Of a stretch of 47,806 nt of DNA, positions 42,489 to 47,806 are shown in pieces. The notes under the pieces were generated by a model that was not told the DNA's origin, made no database searches, and saw only the letters and a list, made by a program, of their open reading frames with translations. The number at the start of each line of letters is the position of its first letter. Position 1 is the first letter of the stretch. A program made the translations under genes and the position numbers. The stretch is from Alphaproteobacteria bacterium (GTDB lineage Bacteria > Pseudomonadota > Alphaproteobacteria > Rhizobiales > JAJRRF01): assembly GCA_024279735.1 (NCBI GenBank), contig JAJRRF010000166.1, positions 1-47,806 on the forward strand, written 5' to 3'.

Positions 42489-44366
42489 TTAGTTTTTCCC
42501 CAGCAGCCTGTCAAGCTGTCCCTTATAGACAGTCACCTTATAGCGTTTTTTCAGGCTGTCTATATAGCTTTCCAAGTAATCCTGCTGGTATTGGTTGACC
42601 AATGCCTTGTTGATGCCCTCCAGGGATTTTTTTTCGGGTTTTTCAGGTGTCTCAACCTTGCTGACCTGAAAAATGATCCGCCCCTTGCCGTCATTGGAGC
42701 GGGCAGAGGAGTAGTCATTTTTGTGGATCATATACGCCTGGGCAAGGACTGTCTGGGACAGGTTCTTGTCTTGATCCGTCCGTTTCAGGGCCTTGGTCGT
42801 CTTGACCTTGGTCTTGTATTTTTTTGCCATTTTTGTCAGTGTCTTGCCAGCCTTCAGATCCTTGACAATCTGTGCTGACATCTTGTTTAGGGCTTGCAGT
42901 TTCTCATTGTCCAGCCATGCGGTGAGTACCTTCTTGCTGACATCTTTCAGGTCTCTGTTTTTAGAGGGGATAATGTCGGAGACAGCAAACCAGGCAATGG
43001 CATCCCTGCCCAGTTCTACAGGGTCATTTTGTTGCCCAACATCACTCGCGAACGCATTGACCAGGATACGGGCGGCAATGCCGTCAACCTTTTTGCCAGA
43101 TATATCCTTGCCTTCCTTGTCAGAAACAATACCTTCAGAGAAGGAAAGCTTGTTATTTTTTGCAATGTCACCAAGGCTGGCTCCTGTGGCACGTTGTTTC
43201 TCAATTTTTTCTGCCAGCGTAGAGATTTTGTCCTTGGCTTGTTCCAGAGCCAGCTGGCCAGCTATCTCTTTTTCGACATCCTTAAAGGGGGTGATAACTG
43301 CTTTGGTGACATCCTGGACATAGACCAGGGCGGTTACAAACTCCCCCTGGATGGGTTGGCTGATTTCACCTTTCTTAAGGGTGAACGCGGCCTTGGCGAC
43401 TTTGGGGTCAACCATATCCTTTTGGGTGAGGTTGCCCAGGTCATAGTCTGCCTTGGAGATTTTGCGTTTTTTGGCAAGTGCGAGGAAATCTTTTTTGGTC
43501 TTGAGTTTGCTGCGTGCCTCCTTGGCTTCCTTGATGCCTGGGAACAGTAGTTGTAGCAGGTGACGCTTGGCGGGAGTGCCAAAGCGCGCCTTGTTTTTTT
43601 CATAGCCAGCCTTGATATGGGCTGGATCAACCTTGATGGACTTGGCCAGTTCCTTGGCAGAAAGCTTGAGGAAGGATATCTTGCGGTATTCCGGTGCCTT
43701 GTACTGGCTGGTATGAAGGCTATAATATTTTTTCAGAGCCTCATCAGAAGGGGGCTTGATTTTTGGCAGCCTTTTTTCAGACAGGACAAAGTAGCTTAGA
43801 GTACGTTTTTCATGGTCGTGGCGATAGGCCGCCTCTGACAATACCTTGGGGACATGAACCATGCCTGTCATGGTCTTGGTGAGCTGGCTGCGTATCATGC
43901 TGGTGCGTTGTTCTTTTAGATAGGACTGTTCTGTCAGGTTGTTCAGACTCAAAATTTCCTGAAACCTTTGTTTGCTGAAATTGCCGCCAGACTGGAAAAG
44001 GGGGTTTTTCAGGATGCTCTGCTTGATCTGGTCTTCAGAGACGGTCAGACCCAGGTCATTGACATGGTTGTCAAGTGCTGCGCCGCCCACCATCGTGTTG
44101 AGGACATTCTTGTCAATCTGGAAAGCCCTTGCCTGGCTGTTTGTGATCTGTTGCCTGATCCTTTGTGAAAAGATACGTTTCTGGCGGTCAAAGGCATTGG
44201 AAAATTCTGCGGAAGAAAGTTCTATGTTGCCAATTTTTGCCAGCGTAGTATTCTGCCTGGCTGTGAGCATGTCGCCGATACCCCATGCCCCAAAAGCAAG
44301 AATGATAAGACCGATTAAGATTTTGACGATCCAGCCGCCTGTACTCTTGCGTAATAAATCAAGCAT
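42489..44366 (-). CDS. ppiD: periplasmic chaperone / peptidyl-prolyl isomerase, PpiD family
   Basis: 625 aa with an N-terminal membrane anchor (WIVKILIGLIILAFGAWGIGD), a SurA-N-like region and a parvulin-like segment. Its position next to trpE is typical of Alphaproteobacteria. Confidence 0.8.
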   Translation of the reverse strand: MLDLLRKSTGGWIVKILIGLIILAFGAWGIGDMLTARQNTTLAKIGNIELSSAEFSNAFDRQKRIFSQRIRQQITNSQARAFQIDKNVLNTMVGGAALDNHVNDLGLTVSEDQIKQSILKNPLFQSGGNFSKQRFQEILSLNNLTEQSYLKEQRTSMIRSQLTKTMTGMVHVPKVLSEAAYRHDHEKRTLSYFVLSEKRLPKIKPPSDEALKKYYSLHTSQYKAPEYRKISFLKLSAKELAKSIKVDPAHIKAGYEKNKARFGTPAKRHLLQLLFPGIKEAKEARSKLKTKKDFLALAKKRKISKADYDLGNLTQKDMVDPKVAKAAFTLKKGEISQPIQGEFVTALVYVQDVTKAVITPFKDVEKEIAGQLALEQAKDKISTLAEKIEKQRATGASLGDIAKNNKLSFSEGIVSDKEGKDISGKKVDGIAARILVNAFASDVGQQNDPVELGRDAIAWFAVSDIIPSKNRDLKDVSKKVLTAWLDNEKLQALNKMSAQIVKDLKAGKTLTKMAKKYKTKVKTTKALKRTDQDKNLSQTVLAQAYMIHKNDYSSARSNDGKGRIIFQVSKVETPEKPEKKSLEGINKALVNQYQQDYLESYIDSLKKRYKVTVYKGQLDRLLGKN

Positions 44367-44748
44367 AATAATCCTACAGTTTTAAAAGTTTATAATTGCC
44401 CTGGCCGACTTTATCTTTTAGATAGCTTGGAATAAGTGAGAGATCAAAGCTTTTTATATCTTTCATGTTCACAAGACCTGAAAAGCAGTGCCGTAAATTG
44501 GTTATGGGTATTTTAGAGATGTTTTTTTTAGTGGTTAAGGCTTGCAATAATTGTATATGCCTGAATGTCTTAAGTGCATATTTTAGAAAAATTTACAATG
44601 GCTGAAGTTATAAATTGGCTGAAAAACTGTTCAGTTTGAGGCTGGATGGATGATATGGACCGAAAAAAAACGTTTTGACCCTGCTTTTGGGGTTGGGCAA
44701 GGCGACGAAAGATTAATTAAATATATTTAAGGGAGTGTTGAAAAGAAA

Positions 44749-45507
44749 ATGGCTGATATTAGACCGCTTGTAGCAGGTAACTGGAAAATGAATGGCCTCC
44801 GCAGTGCTGTTGCTGAGCTTGACAAAATGGCTGCAACGCTGAAGGAAAATCCTAGCAAGGGTGCCGATGTCATGATTTGCCCGCCATTTACATTGCTGAT
44901 GGGGGTTGCGAAGACTTTCGCGGATTCTGGGATGCAGCTTGGCGCACAGGACTGTCATGTCAATGTTTCGGGCGCGCATACAGGCGATATTTCTCCTGAA
45001 ATGATTGCCGACACTGGAGCAACCGCCGTGATTGTTGGTCACTCTGAACGCAGGGAAGACCATGCTGAAAAGGATAAACTGGTTGCACAGAAAGCCTTGG
45101 CTGCTTGGCGTGCGGGGCTGACAGCAATCATCTGTATTGGTGAAACAGAGGGGCAGAAACGCCTTGACCTGACACTGAAAGTTGTGGAACGCCAGATTAA
45201 GAACTCATTGCCTGAAGGGGCAACAGCCGAAAATACTGTGATTGCTTATGAACCTGTCTGGGCTATTGGTTCAGGCCTTGTGCCAACAGTTCAGGATATC
45301 AAGGATGTTCATGGTGCAATCCGCAAGCAGCTGGCTGGCATTCTTGGCGGTGAGGGTGAAAAGATGCGTATTTTATATGGCGGTTCTGTCAAGCCTTCCA
45401 ATGCCAAGGAACTTATGTCTGTTGACAATGTTGACGGGGCTCTGGTTGGCGGTGCCAGTCTCAAGGCTGAAGATTTTTTGGGCATTATTGATGCCTATCG
45501 TAGCTAG
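44749..45507 (+). CDS. tpiA: triosephosphate isomerase
   Basis: [31 protein letters not shown] and [10 protein letters not shown] motifs. Confidence 0.95.
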   Translation: MADIRPLVAGNWKMNGLRSAVAELDKMAATLKENPSKGADVMICPPFTLLMGVAKTFADSGMQLGAQDCHVNVSGAHTGDISPEMIADTGATAVIVGHSERREDHAEKDKLVAQKALAAWRAGLTAIICIGETEGQKRLDLTLKVVERQIKNSLPEGATAENTVIAYEPVWAIGSGLVPTVQDIKDVHGAIRKQLAGILGGEGEKMRILYGGSVKPSNAKELMSVDNVDGALVGGASLKAEDFLGIIDAYRS

Positions 45508-45615
45508 GCTTCATAAATGCAGAAGGCTTGCTGTGTAGCAGTTTCATCACTCCAGGTCTTCCTTGTAACTGTTTTGGCAGGCTGTCTTGATATGGACAGG
45601 TAAAACTATTAGGTT

Positions 45616-45646
45616 AAAGCCTGACCGTACTATATGGTCAGGCTTT
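45616..45646 (+). terminator. hairpin, possibly the tpiA terminator
   Basis: AAAGCCTGACC-N9-GGTCAGGCTTT. Only a weak T tract follows. Confidence 0.45.
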
Positions 45647-45705
45647 ATAACGGTTATGGTGTGGCCTGGTTCAGTTCAGAATAATTTGGAAAAGGAAGAG
45701 AGGTC

Positions 45706-46062
45706 ATGAAATTAGGATTGAAGACGACAGGGCTGACTGTTCTTATAGTTCTGGCTGTTATGTCGCCGGCTTTTTCTGCGGTATTGGGGGCGGCTAAAAG
45801 TTGTGACGTGCTGCGGGCGCAACGGAACGCACTCGAAGTGCTTGGTGTGAAGCAAAATATGGCGCACGGGCCAAGCTGGGCAAAAAAAAATCTGCCAAAT
45901 ACAGAAATCTATCTTATCCGTCACTATATATCAATTGACGAAAGGGTACGCTTTTTGTGCCGGGATAACCAAAATGATCCCAAATGGAAGGTGCGTCCCA
46001 AGAAAAAAAGACAGGCCAAGAAAAAAAAGAAGCGTGTGAAGAAAGTTGTAAAAAGAAATTAA
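45706..46062 (+). CDS. hypothetical secreted protein with a poly-lysine tail
   Basis: Signal peptide LTVLIVLAVMSPAFSA. The C-terminus is KKKRQAKKKKKRVKKVVKRN. Confidence 0.5.
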   Translation: MKLGLKTTGLTVLIVLAVMSPAFSAVLGAAKSCDVLRAQRNALEVLGVKQNMAHGPSWAKKNLPNTEIYLIRHYISIDERVRFLCRDNQNDPKWKVRPKKKRQAKKKKKRVKKVVKRN

Positions 46063-46236
46063 TCGGCTGGTATTGGGTTTCGATGGATGGCAGGGCAGGG
46101 GAAAAGGAAAATCTGCCTTTGACTTGTCTGGCTAATATATATAGCCATGACCCAGGCTTAGGCTGTATTTTCTGAATTTTTTTGTTTTTGCTGTTGGTTT
46201 TGTGTCATTATTTTAGACCTGGATGGATAAGACGTT

Positions 46237-46608
46237 ATGGAAACTGTTGTACTAATCATTCACCTGATGATCGCTGTTGCCCTTGTCATTATGGTGTTGC
46301 TGCAAAAGTCTGAAGGCGGCGCATTAGGAATTGGTGGCGGCGGCGGCGGATTTATGTCTGGACGTGGTGCTGCGGATGCTATGACATCAATTACGGCAGG
46401 GCTGGCTGCTGCCTTCTTTGTGACCTCAATAACCCTGACAATCATGTCAGGCTCAGCCAAGACTCCAGGTTCAATTACGGATAACCTTGGGTCGTCAACA
46501 GGTAAAGGCGGTATCAAGCCCATTACCGGTAATGGCACAGGCATTCTGGACAAGCTGTCACCACCAAAAGCCCCTGCTTCTCCAGCCCCTATTGTGCCTC
46601 CCAAATAA
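46237..46608 (+). CDS. secG: preprotein translocase subunit SecG
   Basis: N-terminal TM plus LLQKSEGGALGIGGGGGGFMSGRGAA and a second TM. The tpiA-secG synteny fits. Confidence 0.9.
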   Translation: METVVLIIHLMIAVALVIMVLLQKSEGGALGIGGGGGGFMSGRGAADAMTSITAGLAAAFFVTSITLTIMSGSAKTPGSITDNLGSSTGKGGIKPITGNGTGILDKLSPPKAPASPAPIVPPK

Positions 46609-46977
46609 TCAGTCGGGTACAAAGATCACTTGACTTTATGATGGAATGTTTCCTGATGATGGATGCCACAAAAATGCGGCATCCACCATTAGGATTGGTT
46701 TTCTGTGGGAATTTTCATGTGGATCTCTCATGCATTACTGCTCCCCTCGTAGTGCGGGGCAGGGCTGGTGGCACGGTTAAATTTTGGGTCTGGCGCATGG
46801 TGCAAGCAAACCAGTACGGTTTGCGGGTCTGCGATATGTGACATTAAGGCATTAGGGTGAGGTCTTTTGACCAAATCTGCCTGCGGGTTGCCCTAAGGAC
46901 ACCTGCAATGATAACAAAATCGTTTAGCTTGTTCTTTTGCCTGTCAGTGTCGTTTCAATAATGGTGAGATAATCCCA

Positions 46978-47069
46978 GATCACAAAAGATGCGGCTCTTT
47001 TGCCAAGCCGCCAAACCCCACCTGTTGGGGATTGCCATCACTTGGAAAGTAAGGTTCCCTTTGTGATCT
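46978..47069 (-). repeat. diverged copy of the intercistronic element in host DNA, closed by 11-12-bp terminal inverted repeats
   Basis: Minus-strand sense: AGATCACAAAGGGAACC...GGCAATCCCCAACAGGTGGGG...GGCGGCTTGGCAAAAGAGCCGC...CTTTTGTGATCT. No gene lies downstream on that strand. Confidence 0.6.
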
Positions 47070-47135
47070 GGTATAACACGGCTTTGGTACATGACTATAC
47101 TTTTGGGTGAGTCACTTGATATAGTTGACCACATC

Positions 47136-47296
47136 CACTGTCATGCCGCGCTACGACGCGGTATCCATGCCCTGTACTGTCAACATCAAAAAGACCAGCA
47201 ATTTAACGCTATAGGGTCTCACGCCCCCCAAACAAACATTGTCATTTCAACGCAAATTTCACGGCGTGGATACCGCATTCCTGCGGTATGACAGTG
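47136..47296. repeat. REP-like inverted pair of ~35-bp hairpin units
   Basis: CACTGTCATGCCGCGCTACGACGCGGTATCCATGCC (47136-47171) faces the reverse complement CACTGTCATACCGCAGGAATGCGGTATCCACGCC (47263-47296). Each unit contains its own stem. Confidence 0.7.
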
Positions 47297-47691
47297 ATAG
47301 AGTGTCGTATATTGTGTACTATGATAGTTCACTATGCGCCCATTTCTGTGCCTTGAAGACAAACAAAATTCCTGTGCTATCCTGATCCCTTATTTCTGCG
47401 GGTGACCTAAGTCTTGAGGTCTTGCGCCCAAGGCCTGGGTAGCCTGTGGATACTTTTTTTTCTTCCAAAAAACAATTTACCTGCGGCAAAAAGGGGGCTA
47501 GTCTGTCACGCGACAGGGGAATTCTGCTTTTGTTTCCAGGGCTTTAGGGCTTGGAAATTTTGTTCGCAGGCATTTTTTGGACAAAATATCATGCTCTACA
47601 GCCATGCAGTTTTCTCTCTCTACCCAAGCATTTGGGTTGCGGGTTCGGCATAACAATAAAAACAGAATAACAAACCAAAGAGGATTTACCG

Positions 47692-47806
47692 ATGGCTGAT
47701 GCCAGTGCAGTATTACAGATGATTCAGGAAAAAGGCGTGCGTTATGTTGATTTGCGCTTTACCGACCCGCGCGGGAAATTGCAGCATTTGACGATGGACA
47801 TTGCCC
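47692..47806 (+). CDS. glnA: glutamine synthetase type I, N-terminal fragment (runs off the window)
   Basis: Hand translation [38 protein letters not shown], with SD AAGAGGA at 47678-47684. Confidence 0.8.
   Translation, partial: MADASAVLQMIQEKGVRYVDLRFTDPRGKLQHLTMDIA

Noticed and set aside
37278-47290. The shared 10-mer CCGCAGGAAT between the 21-bp duplicated palindrome (37273-37293) and the REP-like unit (complement of 47263-47296) as evidence that the two families are related
   Set aside because: A single 10-nt match across about 96 kb of two-strand sequence is within reach of chance, and the flanking bases do not align.
47500-47620. A sigma-54 (-24/-12) promoter upstream of glnA (TGGAAATTTTGTTCGCA, TGGACAAAATATCATGC), and TGGCACG at about 46775
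   Set aside because: In each case the GG-to-GC spacing is off by one or two nt from the TGGCAC-N5-TTGC consensus. I could not identify NtrC-type palindromes either, so this is not reportable as a feature.
46638-47653. Track ORFs 46638-46841, 47091-47291 and 47414-47653 as genes
   Set aside because: They have no SD, odd composition (Cys/Trp/His-rich) and overlap the repeat elements. They are treated as non-coding.

Overview
The window holds a roughly 39-kb temperate, podovirus-type prophage (about 1446-40409) inserted into the 3' half of a tRNA-Cys(GCA) gene. It is bounded by an exact 48-bp direct repeat (1446-1493 and 40362-40409). To its left is the apparently damaged integrase of a second element, which suggests tandem occupancy of the same tRNA. 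To its right are alphaproteobacterium-like core genes: trpE, ppiD, tpiA, secG and the 5' end of glnA. Prophage order: integrase; a leftward operon of small, translationally coupled ORFs with an excisionase-like HTH; a CI-like repressor with two co-transcribed accessory ORFs, facing a Cro-like gene; a DnaA-C-like HTH, a Toprim primase and a P-loop helicase; a dyad-symmetric iteron field; terS and terL; a portal gene with one in-frame TAA; scaffold and capsid; T7 gp11/gp12-like tail tube genes; gp14/gp15/gp16-like internal virion proteins, the last being a 2812-aa multi-domain protein; three tail-fibre genes; then a SAR-endolysin and spanin lysis cassette. No phage RNA or DNA polymerase is present. 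The most unusual signals are: (1) a conserved ~120-nt intercistronic element in five sense-oriented copies, each ending in the Shine-Dalgarno of the next gene, with two diverged copies in host DNA; (2) the giant virion protein, which carries A+T-rich effector-like modules (ParB-like, HExxH, ART-like) bounded by a recurring YS(L/I)(E/D)P linker; (3) a second repeat family, a ~50-nt hairpin at the ends of three transcription units, one copy flanked by a 21-bp duplication; (4) A+T-rich moron ORFs at three places in the virion module, plus a two-gene cassette co-transcribed with the repressor in the position rexAB holds in lambda. All functional calls come from motifs and gene order read by eye. 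No database search was possible.
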